64,000 nucleotides of DNA, from positions 4,394 to 68,393 of the forward strand of contig JAHLFP010000006.1 of assembly GCA_018883715.1 (NCBI GenBank), given 5' to 3'. The notes below the pieces were generated by a model. It was not told the DNA's origin, did not search any database, and worked only from the letters and a program-made list of their open reading frames with translations. This DNA comes from Candidatus Allofournierella pullistercoris. Its GTDB lineage: Bacteria > Bacillota > Clostridia > Oscillospirales > Ruminococcaceae. How positions within the stretch are numbered: the first letter of the stretch is position 1; every line of letters begins with the position of its first letter. This document shows positions 8,503 through 17,705 of this stretch, piece by piece. The translations under genes and the position numbers were made by a program.

Positions 8503-8757
8503 GTGTAGCCCGAGGGACGGCGGATTCGCCGCCCAAGCAGAGGGAGTACTACCAGGCCACTGGCCATGAGAGCAGAAAGGCGAATCACCTTTCTGTGCCA
8601 GATGCGCCTCGCACCACTGCTGCCGGTAATGCCAGAGCCAGATGCAAGCAGGCTCTACCGGCTCAGACAACCTTCTTCTTTCTCCTCTTATTTGGAAAAA
8701 GTTCCAATACATCGCTGTCGCAAAAGCAGTCCGGCTGGTCAGCCGGGCTGTTTTTGC
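8503..8757 (+). ncRNA. Candidate stand-alone structured RNA (6S-like or novel sRNA)
   Basis: Non-coding gap of ~510 bp with dense nested stems, a TACTAT -10-like box at 8493-8498 and a terminator at 8720-8757; both flanking genes have their own promoters. Confidence 0.5.
8720..8757 (+). terminator. Intrinsic terminator with no upstream CDS on +
   Basis: gcaaaagcagtccggctg-gt-cagccgggctgtttttgc. Confidence 0.85.
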
Positions 8758-8782
8758 CTTTTGGGAAAGAATCTGGTACAAT
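8754..8782 (+). promoter_or_regulatory. SigA promoter of the DUF896 gene
   Basis: TTGCCT-17 bp (with TG)-TACAAT. Confidence 0.7.
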
Positions 8783-8816
8783 ACAAGCATGAAAATGAAA
8801 TAAGGAGACACTTGCC

Positions 8817-9041
8817 ATGACACAGGAAAAAATTCAGCGCATCAACGAGCTGGCAAAAAAATCCCGCACACCAGAGGGACTCACCGAGCAGGAAAAGGCA
8901 GAACAGGCCGCCCTGCGCCAGGAATACATCAACGCCATGAAACAGAGCTTGAAAAATCAGCTGGACAATGCAGACTATATTGATGAATTTGGTATGCGCC
9001 GTCCGGTTTCGGATTTGAAAAAGAAAGCCCATAAAAGCTAA
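8817..9041 (+). CDS. DUF896 (UPF0291, YnzC-like) protein
   Basis: IQRINELAKK...GLTEQEKAEQAALRQEYI. Confidence 0.92.
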   Translation: MTQEKIQRINELAKKSRTPEGLTEQEKAEQAALRQEYINAMKQSLKNQLDNADYIDEFGMRRPVSDLKKKAHKS

Positions 9042-9132
9042 GCCCCAATGACCCATTGCAACCCAAACAAGGCTGGACAATGGGTCATTTTGTGTTATAA
9101 TAAAGTGATGAATCAAGAAAGGAGAGAATCCT

Positions 9133-10314
9133 TTGACTGGGTTTTTAATCAGAACCTTTATTAAAGATTACACGCAAAAGCAATCCGTCAAGGTGCGCAC
9201 TGCCTATGGAAGGCTGGCGGGTGTTGTGGGGATTGTCTGCAACCTGCTCCTGTTTGCCGCAAAATTTTTGGTGGGTACTTTGTTTGGAAGCATCTCCATT
9301 TCCGCAGATGCGGTGAACAACCTGTCCGATGCCTCCTCCAGCATTGTAAGTCTGGTGGGCTTTAAGCTGGCCAGCAAGCCAGCGGACGCAGAACACCCCT
9401 ATGGCCACGCCCGGTTTGAGTATCTGGCAGGGCTGGCCGTGGCGGTTATGGTGCTGGTGATTGGGCTGGAAATGGCACAGGGCAGTGTGGAGAAAATCCT
9501 CTCTCCCCAGCTGGTGGAGTTCAGCTGGCTTACCGTGGCGGTGCTGGTGGGGTCTATCCTGGTGAAGTTATGGCTGGCCCATTTTAACAAAACGCTGGGC
9601 AATGCCATTGATTCCTCTACCCTGCTTGCCACAGCCGCGGACAGCCGCAACGATGTACTCAGCACCGGGGCGGTGTTGCTGGCGCTGGTGGTAGGGCATC
9701 TGTTCCAGCTGACGCTGGATGGCTGGATGGGTCTTTTTGTGGCCCTATTCATCCTGTACAGCGGGGCCAATCTTGTGAAAGAAACCCTGGACCCCTTGCT
9801 GGGACAGGCGCCAGATGAGGGCATGGTGCGTGCCATCCATGACAAAATCATGAGCTATCCAGGTGTGCTGGGCACCCATGATTTGATTGTTCACGACTAT
9901 GGCCCGGGACAGCAGTTTGCCAGCGCCCATGTGGAGATGGCCGCCGAGGAAGATGTGATGAAAAGCCACGATGTGATTGACTCCATCGAGCGGGACTTTT
10001 GGGAAAACGACGGTCTGCATGTGGTGATTCACCTTGACCCGGTGGTAACTGCCGCCGGACGGGTGGGCAACGTGCGCCACTGGCTGGCAGATTTGGTGAA
10101 AGGCATTGACAGCCGGCTTACCATCCACGATTTGCGGATGGTGGAGGGGCCAACCCACACCAATTTGATTTTTGACTGTGTTATCCCGGCGGAGTTCCCC
10201 TTGTCCGAGGGAGAGCTGAAACAACGGATTAAGGATGCAGTACGCAAGGAAAACCCTCGATATTTTTGTGTAATTACGGTGGATCGCAGTTACGCTTGCA
10301 TTCCCAAAAAGTAA
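9133..10314 (+). CDS. Cation diffusion facilitator (CDF) transporter
   Basis: ADAVNNLSD, PADAEHPYGHARFEY, DSRND, HDLIVHDYGP; TTG start after GGAGAG. Confidence 0.93.
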   Translation: MTGFLIRTFIKDYTQKQSVKVRTAYGRLAGVVGIVCNLLLFAAKFLVGTLFGSISISADAVNNLSDASSSIVSLVGFKLASKPADAEHPYGHARFEYLAGLAVAVMVLVIGLEMAQGSVEKILSPQLVEFSWLTVAVLVGSILVKLWLAHFNKTLGNAIDSSTLLATAADSRNDVLSTGAVLLALVVGHLFQLTLDGWMGLFVALFILYSGANLVKETLDPLLGQAPDEGMVRAIHDKIMSYPGVLGTHDLIVHDYGPGQQFASAHVEMAAEEDVMKSHDVIDSIERDFWENDGLHVVIHLDPVVTAAGRVGNVRHWLADLVKGIDSRLTIHDLRMVEGPTHTNLIFDCVIPAEFPLSEGELKQRIKDAVRKENPRYFCVITVDRSYACIPKK

Positions 10315-10393
10315 GCGGCTGATTCAAAGATAATGCTGGTTTTTGTTCAGCGGTGGATAGCCCGGTGAACCCGACTTGAAAGTGAGGTATTCT

Positions 10394-11608
10394 ATGAAAA
10401 AGATTCCAATGACCACCCCTCTGGTAGAGATGGACGGCGACGAGATGACCCGTGTGCTTTGGAAGCGCATCAAAGAAGAGCTGCTGGAACCTTTTGTGGA
10501 CTTAAAGACGGAATATTATGACCTGGGGCTGGAAAACCGGGACGCAACCCAGGACCAGGTGACCATGGATGCGGCACTGGCCAACAAAAAATACGGGGTG
10601 TCCGTTAAGTGTGCCACCATCACCCCCAACGCCCAGCGGATGGAGGAGTACAACCTGCACCAGATGTGGAAAAGCCCCAACGGCACCATCCGTGCGGTGC
10701 TGGATGGCACTGTGTTCCGTGCTCCCATTGTGCTGGACTGCATCAAGCCGGTGGTAAGCACCTGGAAAAAGCCCATCACCATCGCCCGTCATGCCTATGG
10801 CGATGTGTACCGGGGCAGTGAGATGCGCATTACCACCCCCGGAAAGGCCGAGCTGGTGTTCACTGCTGAGGACGGCACCGTACAGCGCCAGACTGTGTAT
10901 GAATTTGAAGGCCCGGGCGTGTTGCAGGGCACTTATAATAAGGATAGCTCCATTGCCAGCTTTGCACGAAGCTGTTTCAACTATGCCCTGTCCACCGGAC
11001 AGGAGCTGTGGTTCTCCACCAAGGATACCATCAGCAAGCAGTACGACCATACCTTTAAGGATATCTTCCAGCATATCTATGATACCGAATACAAAGAAAA
11101 GTTTGAAAAAGCTGGCCTGCGGTACTTCTACACCCTGATTGACGATGCAGTGGCACGGGTGATTCGCAGTGAAGGTGGATTCATCTGGGCTTGCAAAAAC
11201 TATGACGGCGACGTGATGAGCGACATGGTATCCACCGCATTCGGCAGCCTTGCCATGATGACCAGTGTGCTGGTCAGCCCGGACGGCTGTTATGAATACG
11301 AGGCCGCCCATGGCACCGTAACCCAGCATTACTATCGCTACTTAAAGGGAGAAGCCACCTCCACCAACCCCATGGCCACCATCTTTGCATGGACAGGGGC
11401 ATTGGCAAAGCGGGGCGAACTGGATGACAACCAGCCCCTGGTGGAGTTTGCCCGCACCTTGGAACAGGCTTGCCTGGACACCCTGTCCAAAGGCATCATG
11501 ACCAAGGACCTGTGCAACCTGGCACAGGGCGTGGAGGTTCATCCTGTGAACAGCGAGGAGTTCCTGCTTGCCATCCGCAAGACTTTGGAGGAAAAGCTGG
11601 CAGGCTAA
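10394..11608 (+). CDS. icd: NADP-dependent isocitrate dehydrogenase (type II)
   Basis: VEMDGDEMTR, KCATITP, WKSPNGTIR, NYDGDVMSD, EAAHGTV. Confidence 0.96.
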   Translation: MKKIPMTTPLVEMDGDEMTRVLWKRIKEELLEPFVDLKTEYYDLGLENRDATQDQVTMDAALANKKYGVSVKCATITPNAQRMEEYNLHQMWKSPNGTIRAVLDGTVFRAPIVLDCIKPVVSTWKKPITIARHAYGDVYRGSEMRITTPGKAELVFTAEDGTVQRQTVYEFEGPGVLQGTYNKDSSIASFARSCFNYALSTGQELWFSTKDTISKQYDHTFKDIFQHIYDTEYKEKFEKAGLRYFYTLIDDAVARVIRSEGGFIWACKNYDGDVMSDMVSTAFGSLAMMTSVLVSPDGCYEYEAAHGTVTQHYYRYLKGEATSTNPMATIFAWTGALAKRGELDDNQPLVEFARTLEQACLDTLSKGIMTKDLCNLAQGVEVHPVNSEEFLLAIRKTLEEKLAG

Positions 11609-11645
11609 GGATACAAACTCTGCTTTTGCAACAAAACAGCATATA

Positions 11646-11686
11646 AAAATCCCTGGTGGAATGGATGTTCCACCAGGGATTTTTTC
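11646..11686 (+). terminator. Intrinsic terminator of icd
   Basis: aaaatccctggtggaa...ttccaccagggatttttt. Confidence 0.9.
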
Positions 11687-11903
11687 TGATTTTGATTTCA
11701 AAAAAAGTTCATAGAAAAACGATTTTTTTGCAATAAAACGGCGGTATAATCATACTTGTCAAAGGGGAACAGAACCGGAGCTTACAAGAGGTGAGCAGAT
11801 GGAACAGCAAGCATATTCCCTTAATTGGCTGTGAGCCGTCAGTGCATTTGCCCACAGCTGATACAACAAAAATACATAAAGGCACTGAAGATAGGAGAAA
11901 AGT

Positions 11904-12335
11904 ATGTTTGGCATGATCCCTTTCAATCGCGAAGAAAACAGTCTGTTTCAGTATCTGGACAACATGGAGAAGAACCTGTTCGGCGGTCTGGGTGATGTAA
12001 GCCGTTTCCGCTGTGACATTCAGGACAAGGGCGACTCCTATCTGATGGAGGCAGAACTGCCCGGCTTTGAAAAAGAGGACATCTCCGTGGATGTGGATGG
12101 TGAGCGGATGCAGATTGTGGCCCGCCACAATTCCGAAAAAGGCGAAAAGGACGACAAGGGCAACTACCTGCGTCGGGAGCGCCGCTTTGGCTCCTTTAGC
12201 CGTAGCTTTGATGTAACCGGCATCGACACCGACAACATCAAGGCTGTTTACAAGAACGGTGTGTTGGAACTGACTCTGCCCAAAAAGGAGCAGAATAAGG
12301 AAGAGTCCACCCGTTCCATTGAAATCGAAGGATAA
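11904..12335 (+). CDS. Small heat-shock protein (Hsp20/alpha-crystallin)
   Basis: AELPGFEKEDI, YLRRERRFGSFSRSF, AVYKNGVLELTLPK. Confidence 0.95.
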   Translation: MFGMIPFNREENSLFQYLDNMEKNLFGGLGDVSRFRCDIQDKGDSYLMEAELPGFEKEDISVDVDGERMQIVARHNSEKGEKDDKGNYLRRERRFGSFSRSFDVTGIDTDNIKAVYKNGVLELTLPKKEQNKEESTRSIEIEG

Positions 12336-12405
12336 AAAGGCAGTCGGTGACTTTGTACGCAAGCAGAGCCATCGGTTAAAACAGAGTATAAAAGTAGCAT
12401 TCTAT

Positions 12406-12443
12406 AAAAAACCGGGATAGCCGTTTTGGCCTCCCGGTTTTTT
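12406..12443. terminator. Bidirectional terminator between hsp20 and tsaD
   Basis: aaaaaaccggga...tcccggtttttt. Confidence 0.85.
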
Positions 12444-12485
12444 GTTTGCAAAAATGCTTGTTGTCTGTTTTTACCCCCATGCTTT

Positions 12486-13493
12486 TTAAGTAAAATCAAT
12501 GGGCAGTGTGGGCAGACCGTTGAGCCGCAAATCCCCCACATGGCCTTGTTCCAGCTCATAAAAGCCTTGTGCCGCAATCATGGCGCCGTTGTCTCCGCAC
12601 AGGCTGGGGGCGGGCAGGTATACCTTTGCGCCCAGCTTTTGGGCCGCATCGTTTACAAGACTGCGCAAAAGGCTGTTAGCCGCCACACCACCCGCCAGAC
12701 AAATCTGGGTGGCACCGGTGTCCTTTGCGGCGAGCATCAACTTATCGCAAAGAATCTGGTCAATCCGGCGCTCAAAGCTGGCGGCCATATCCTCCACCAC
12801 CACGGGACAGCCCCGCATTTCCCCTTGGTTTACTGCATTCATGACAGCAGTTTTCAGGCCGGAAAAACTCACGTTATACCGTCCTTCCACCTTGGGCACC
12901 GGCAGGGGATAGGCAAGAGGATTGCCCTGTTTTGCCGCCTTGCTGATGGCAGGGCCACCGGGATAACCCAGCCCCAGGGTGCGAGCCACCTTGTCAAAGG
13001 CTTCCCCGGCGGCATCGTCCACCGTCCGGCCCAGCACCTGAAAGCGGGTGTAATCCTGCACCTGCACAATATGGCTGTGCCCGCCGCTTGCCACAAGGCA
13101 GAGGAAAGGTGGTTTTAACTCCGGGTGGGTCAGGTACAAAGCGGCGATGTGTCCCCGCAGGTGATGCACCGGAATCAAGGGTTTGTTCCAGGCAAAGGAA
13201 AGCCCTTTGGCAAAGTTCACCCCCACCAGCAACGCACCAATCAGACCCGGCGCAAAGGTGACGGCAACACCGTCCAGCTGGTCCGGGGTAAGACCCGCTT
13301 TTTTCATGGCCTGCATGGCAACAAGGCTGATGCTTTCCGCATGGCGGCGGCTGGCGATTTCCGGCACCACACCGCCATAGAGGGCTTGCTCCGCCACACT
13401 GCTGGCAATCACATTGCTTACAATCCGGCGACCATCCTCCACCACAGCGGCGGCGGTTTCGTCACAGCTGCTTTCAATTCCCAGTATATACAT
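12486..13493 (-). CDS. tsaD: tRNA N6-threonylcarbamoyladenosine transferase subunit TsaD
   Basis: MYILGIESSCDET, GGVVPEIASRRH, HHLRGH, SGGHS, DDAAGEAFDK, DNGAMIA. Confidence 0.97.
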   Translation of the reverse strand: MYILGIESSCDETAAAVVEDGRRIVSNVIASSVAEQALYGGVVPEIASRRHAESISLVAMQAMKKAGLTPDQLDGVAVTFAPGLIGALLVGVNFAKGLSFAWNKPLIPVHHLRGHIAALYLTHPELKPPFLCLVASGGHSHIVQVQDYTRFQVLGRTVDDAAGEAFDKVARTLGLGYPGGPAISKAAKQGNPLAYPLPVPKVEGRYNVSFSGLKTAVMNAVNQGEMRGCPVVVEDMAASFERRIDQILCDKLMLAAKDTGATQICLAGGVAANSLLRSLVNDAAQKLGAKVYLPAPSLCGDNGAMIAAQGFYELEQGHVGDLRLNGLPTLPIDFT

Positions 13494-13983
13494 CGTCGGC
13501 CTCCTGTTGTGCTGAAATAAAGGACTGCACCCCGTCGCAGGACATGACAAGTGCGTCCTCACGGGGGGCAGAGTAAAAATTTTGCCGTAGACCCTGCACC
13601 GAAAAGCCCACCGATTCGTACAAACCTTGGGCGGCAAGGTTGGAGTGGCGAACCTCCAAAAAGGCATAGGCCGCACCTTGCTGCGCCAAAAGAGCAAGGC
13701 TTTGGCGCAGAAGCTGTCGTCCAATCCCTCGGCGGCGGTGGGCAGGGTCCACCGTCAAGGTGTTGAGACTGGCCTCGTCCCCTGCCAGCTGCCAGGCCGC
13801 AAGCCCCACAACCTGCTGGGTGCTTGGCTCCACCGCCAGATAGATGCGGCTGGCACCGCCCTCCATCTGACAGGATAATTCTTCTGCCAGCTGGGCGGCA
13901 TTCCATGGGTCCTGAGCCGTGCGCTCAATCTCCACACAGGCATCCAGATGTTGGGGTTCCATGGGAACAATCAAATATTCCAC
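13474..13983 (-). CDS. rimI: RimI-like GNAT acetyltransferase
   Basis: VDPAHRRRGIG, LEVRHSN, LYESVGF, RQNFYSAPREDALVM; upstream of tsaD. Confidence 0.88.
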   Translation of the reverse strand: MEYLIVPMEPQHLDACVEIERTAQDPWNAAQLAEELSCQMEGGASRIYLAVEPSTQQVVGLAAWQLAGDEASLNTLTVDPAHRRRGIGRQLLRQSLALLAQQGAAYAFLEVRHSNLAAQGLYESVGFSVQGLRQNFYSAPREDALVMSCDGVQSFISAQQEADDVYTGN

Positions 13984-14017
13984 AACTTCTCTCCTTCTTT
14001 GTGGAAAACTGGGCTGG

Positions 14018-16537
14018 TTAATGAGCCACCAGCCAGTTTTCTCCGGTGTGAACGTCTGCGGTCAGGGGAACGCTGTACTGTACGGCACCCTCCATCTCCT
14101 CTTTCAGAAGCTGGGATACCTGTGCGGCTTCCTCTTTGGGTGCTTCCACAATCAATTCGTCGTGTACCTGCAAGATGAGCCGGGCCTTCAGGTTTTCCTT
14201 GCGCAGACGGTTCCAGACTCGCACCATGGCAAGCTTGATTACATCCGCCGCCGTGCCCTGAATGGGGGTGTTCATGGCCATCCGCTCCCCAAGGGCATGG
14301 AGGTTCCGGTTTTTGCTGGCAAGTTCCGGCAAAGCCCGGCGCCGACCAAACAGGGTGGTTACATAGCCCTGCTGGGTGCCCTGTTCAATGGTGGAGTCCA
14401 TATACTGCTTGACCCCGGGGAAGGTGGCCAGATAGTTTTTGATGAATTCATCTGCCTGTTTCACGGTTACATGGATGTCCTTGGACAGGCTGAACGCACT
14501 GATGCCGTACACAATGCCAAAGTTTACTGCCTTGGCACTGGAACGCAGGGCAGGGGTCACCTCATCCAGGGGCAGAGCATAAATTTTTGCGGCGGTACTG
14601 CGGTGGATGTCCAGCCCCTCCTGGAATGCGTGTTGCATGGAGGCATCGCCGGAGATATGTGCCAGCAGACGCAGTTCAATCTGGCTGTAATCCGCATCCA
14701 CCAGGGTACAGCCGGGGCTTGCCACAAAGAATTCCCGCAGGCGGCTTCCCAGTTCAGTGCGGATGGGGATGTTTTGCAGGTTGGGTTCACTGGAGGAAAG
14801 CCGTCCAGTGCGTGCCTCGGTTTGGTTAAAGGTGGAGTGCATCCGACCGTCCTTGCCAATCACCTTCAAAAGTCCCTCCACATAGGTGGAGTTCAGCTTT
14901 TGGTAGGTGCGGTACTGTAAAATATCATCAATGACCGGGCTGTAACTGCGCAGGCTTTCCAGGGTTTCCGCATCGGTGGAATAGCCACTTTTGGTCTTTT
15001 TGCGGGGCGGCAGTCCCATCTTTTCAAACAAAGCCTGTCCCAGCTGTTTGGGGCTGTTCAGGTTGAATTCATATCCAACCTCGCTGTAAATGCGCTGGAG
15101 ACAGTCCTCCAAAGCCTGTTTCAGCTGGCCACCAAAGGCTTCCAGCCCCTCCCGGTTCACCAGCATGCCAATCCGCTCCATGTCCGCCAAAACCCGTGCC
15201 AGGGGCAGTTCAATTTCCATCAAGAGGGCGGTCATGCCTTCCTCTTCCACCTGCTGGGCCAGCTTTTCCAGCAAGCGGGGAAGCTGGCTGGCACAGGGGT
15301 ATTCAGGACAGGCGAATTCCGGCGCAATCCGGTACTCGGCGCAAAGGTTTTCCACCGTGTAGCTGCTGGCGGCAGGGTTGAGCAGATAAGCCGCCAGCTT
15401 GCCGTCAAATTGGATGCAAGGGGCGGTTTCGCCCTGTGCCAGTGCCAGATGGAACAGGGGTTTTGCGTCAAACACCTGCAAGGTCACATCGCTGGACAAA
15501 AGGCGGAGAAGGCTGTCCTCGTCCAGGGCATAAACCTCCTGTCCCTGCACCGCAAACCATTGTCCAGATTCATTGCAGGCAACCGCAAATACACCCTCCA
15601 CTGCAAGGGGCAGGGGCTGGGCGGAAATGGATTCCAGCGGGGTTTGCTCCGCTTCTTCTGTGGGCTGGTCGGTAAGGCCAAGACGGGATACAAGGCTGTG
15701 CATCTCCAAATCCGCCAAAAGCTGGGCGGCGGCAGAGGGATTGCCAGCGGTGCGCAGATAGTGGCCGGGGGTGGTATCCACCGGGACAGAGCAGTCAATG
15801 GTGGCCAGCTTGTGGGACAGCAGAGCGTCCTCCTTGTGGGTGGCCAGCTTGTTGCGAACGCCGGGCTTGATGGCACTGCTGTCCAGATTTTCATAAATGT
15901 TTTCCAGCGAGCCAAAGGCTTGCACCAGAGAAAGGGCGGTTTTCTCGCCAATGCCTGCAACGCCGGGAATGTTGTCCGAGGTATCGCCCATCAGGCTTTT
16001 CACCTCGATGAGTTGCAGGGGAGAAACGCCGTATTTTTCCTCCACGGCGGCCTTGTCCATGACGATGGTTTCGCTCCGCCCCATCCGGCTGGAGGCCAAA
16101 AGAACCGTCACCTGGTCGTTGACAAGCTGTAAGCTGTCCCGGTCACCCGTTGCAACAAAGCAGGTGTCCCCCCGCTGTGCGGCGGCCTTGGACAGGGTGC
16201 CCAGAATGTCGTCTGCCTCGTATCCTTCCAAAGAAACAAGGGCAAAGCCAAGCTCGGTGAGCAGTTCCTTTAGAACCGGCATCTGCTGGGCCAGCTCCTG
16301 GGGCATACCCTTCCGGTGCGCCTTATAGCCGTCGTACATCTTGTGCCGGAAGGTGGGTGCCTTCAAGTCAAAAGCAATGGCTACCTCGTCCGGCTGAACA
16401 TCCTTAAGCAGGTTCAGCAGAATGTTCAAAAAGCCGTAAATGGCATTGGTGTAGCGGCCGTCCTTGGTGGTCAACAGCTTGATGCCGTAAAATGCACGGT
16501 TCACAATACTGTTGCCATCCAAAACCAAAAGTTTCAT
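14018..16537 (-). CDS. polA: DNA polymerase I
   Basis: LDGNSIVNRAFY, EADD, TGRLSSSEPNLQNIP, ADYSQIELR, LQVHDEL. Confidence 0.98.
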   Translation of the reverse strand: MKLLVLDGNSIVNRAFYGIKLLTTKDGRYTNAIYGFLNILLNLLKDVQPDEVAIAFDLKAPTFRHKMYDGYKAHRKGMPQELAQQMPVLKELLTELGFALVSLEGYEADDILGTLSKAAAQRGDTCFVATGDRDSLQLVNDQVTVLLASSRMGRSETIVMDKAAVEEKYGVSPLQLIEVKSLMGDTSDNIPGVAGIGEKTALSLVQAFGSLENIYENLDSSAIKPGVRNKLATHKEDALLSHKLATIDCSVPVDTTPGHYLRTAGNPSAAAQLLADLEMHSLVSRLGLTDQPTEEAEQTPLESISAQPLPLAVEGVFAVACNESGQWFAVQGQEVYALDEDSLLRLLSSDVTLQVFDAKPLFHLALAQGETAPCIQFDGKLAAYLLNPAASSYTVENLCAEYRIAPEFACPEYPCASQLPRLLEKLAQQVEEEGMTALLMEIELPLARVLADMERIGMLVNREGLEAFGGQLKQALEDCLQRIYSEVGYEFNLNSPKQLGQALFEKMGLPPRKKTKSGYSTDAETLESLRSYSPVIDDILQYRTYQKLNSTYVEGLLKVIGKDGRMHSTFNQTEARTGRLSSSEPNLQNIPIRTELGSRLREFFVASPGCTLVDADYSQIELRLLAHISGDASMQHAFQEGLDIHRSTAAKIYALPLDEVTPALRSSAKAVNFGIVYGISAFSLSKDIHVTVKQADEFIKNYLATFPGVKQYMDSTIEQGTQQGYVTTLFGRRRALPELASKNRNLHALGERMAMNTPIQGTAADVIKLAMVRVWNRLRKENLKARLILQVHDELIVEAPKEEAAQVSQLLKEEMEGAVQYSVPLTADVHTGENWLVAH

Positions 16538-16729
16538 GGAAAAACCTCCTAGTTTGTATCAAGCAAAGCCCTGAAACAGGCGGTTTGCGTTCAGCGTGCC
16601 ACAAGGGGAATGCACACGCTTTTGGATTGTTCAGTCGTCAGATAGTATACCACAAACTGGGGGAGTATGGTATAATGAAGGCTGGATTTTACACCCAAAA
16701 CGGGTGTTTTCGCAAGATAAGGAGTCAAT

Positions 16730-17704
16730 ATGCAAATCGGCAATTTAAATCTGGAACCGGGTGCAGTCCTTGCACCCATGGCGGGCTTTACCGATGCGGC
16801 CTGTCGTCGGCTGGCGGCAAAGCACGGTGCCATTTATACCATTACCGAAATGGTCAGCGCAAAAGCGTTGACCTTTGGGGATAAAAAAAGTGCCCAGTTG
16901 ATGTACAACGGGCAGAACGATGCGCCATATGGCATTCAGCTTTTTGGGGCAGAGCCGGAGACTATGGGTCAGGCCGCCGCACTGATTGCCCAGCAACCCT
17001 ATGATTTGCTGGACATCAACATGGGCTGTCCTGCTCCCAAAATTGTATCCAGCGGGGCAGGAAGCAAGCTTATGCTGGACCCGGACCTGTGCGGACGGAT
17101 TGTGGAAGCGGTGGTAAGCCAGACCGGTGGCCGTCCGGTTACGGTGAAGATGAGGGCAGGCTGGGATGAAAACAGCCGCACCGCAGAGCAGGTTGCCATT
17201 GCCTGCGAGCAGGCGGGTGCCGCCCTTGTGGGAGTGCATGGCCGCACCAGAGAACAGATGTACCAGCCGAATACCGTAAGTCTGGAAGCCATCGCCCGTG
17301 TGAAGCAGGCAGTGAAGATTCCGGTTTTGGGCAACGGCGATATTGCCAGTGCAGAGGATGCGCTGGAAATGGTGCGCCAGACCGGATGCGACGGCGTGAT
17401 GGTGGGCCGTGCGGCCCTGGGCGACCCCTGGCTGTTTGGAGAGATTCGTGCCGCATTGAATGGCCGTCCCTTGCCGGAAAAACCCACCCTGCGCCAGCGG
17501 CTGGAGGCACTGCGCACCCAGGTGTATGAAATGTGCGAGGAAAAAGGAGAATGGGTTGCCATGGCACAGGCCCGCAGTCAGGCCCTGCACTATATGCGGG
17601 GGCTGAAAGGCGCCACCACCCTGCGCAGAGCCTGCTGTCAGCTGAGCCATTATCAAGATTTGGATGATTTGTTCGACCTGGTTTATCAGGAAGGCAACCG
17701 CTAA
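16730..17704 (+). CDS. dusB: tRNA dihydrouridine synthase B
   Basis: LAPMAG, DINMGCP, VHGRT, GNGDI, GVMVGRA. Confidence 0.95.
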   Translation: MQIGNLNLEPGAVLAPMAGFTDAACRRLAAKHGAIYTITEMVSAKALTFGDKKSAQLMYNGQNDAPYGIQLFGAEPETMGQAAALIAQQPYDLLDINMGCPAPKIVSSGAGSKLMLDPDLCGRIVEAVVSQTGGRPVTVKMRAGWDENSRTAEQVAIACEQAGAALVGVHGRTREQMYQPNTVSLEAIARVKQAVKIPVLGNGDIASAEDALEMVRQTGCDGVMVGRAALGDPWLFGEIRAALNGRPLPEKPTLRQRLEALRTQVYEMCEEKGEWVAMAQARSQALHYMRGLKGATTLRRACCQLSHYQDLDDLFDLVYQEGNR

Positions 17705-17705
17705 A

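Noticed and set aside
8304-8588. Extended N-terminus of queH, or a preQ1 riboswitch upstream of queH
   Set aside because: queH has its own SD and a nearby promoter (TGnTATGAT ~8368-8376); no preQ1-I, -II or -III signature recognised.
8427-8823. ORFs 8427-8792 (+), 8446-8823 (-) and 8566-8820 (+)
   Set aside because: They cross a terminator and promoters, lack an SD and do not look protein-like; an RNA explains the region better.
11827-11888. HDV-like ribozyme in the hsp20 leader (7-bp P1 starting with G-U, P2 pseudoknot)
   Set aside because: Only ~7 nt between P2 and P1', so no room for P3/L3/P1.1, and no P4; kept as a simple pseudoknot.
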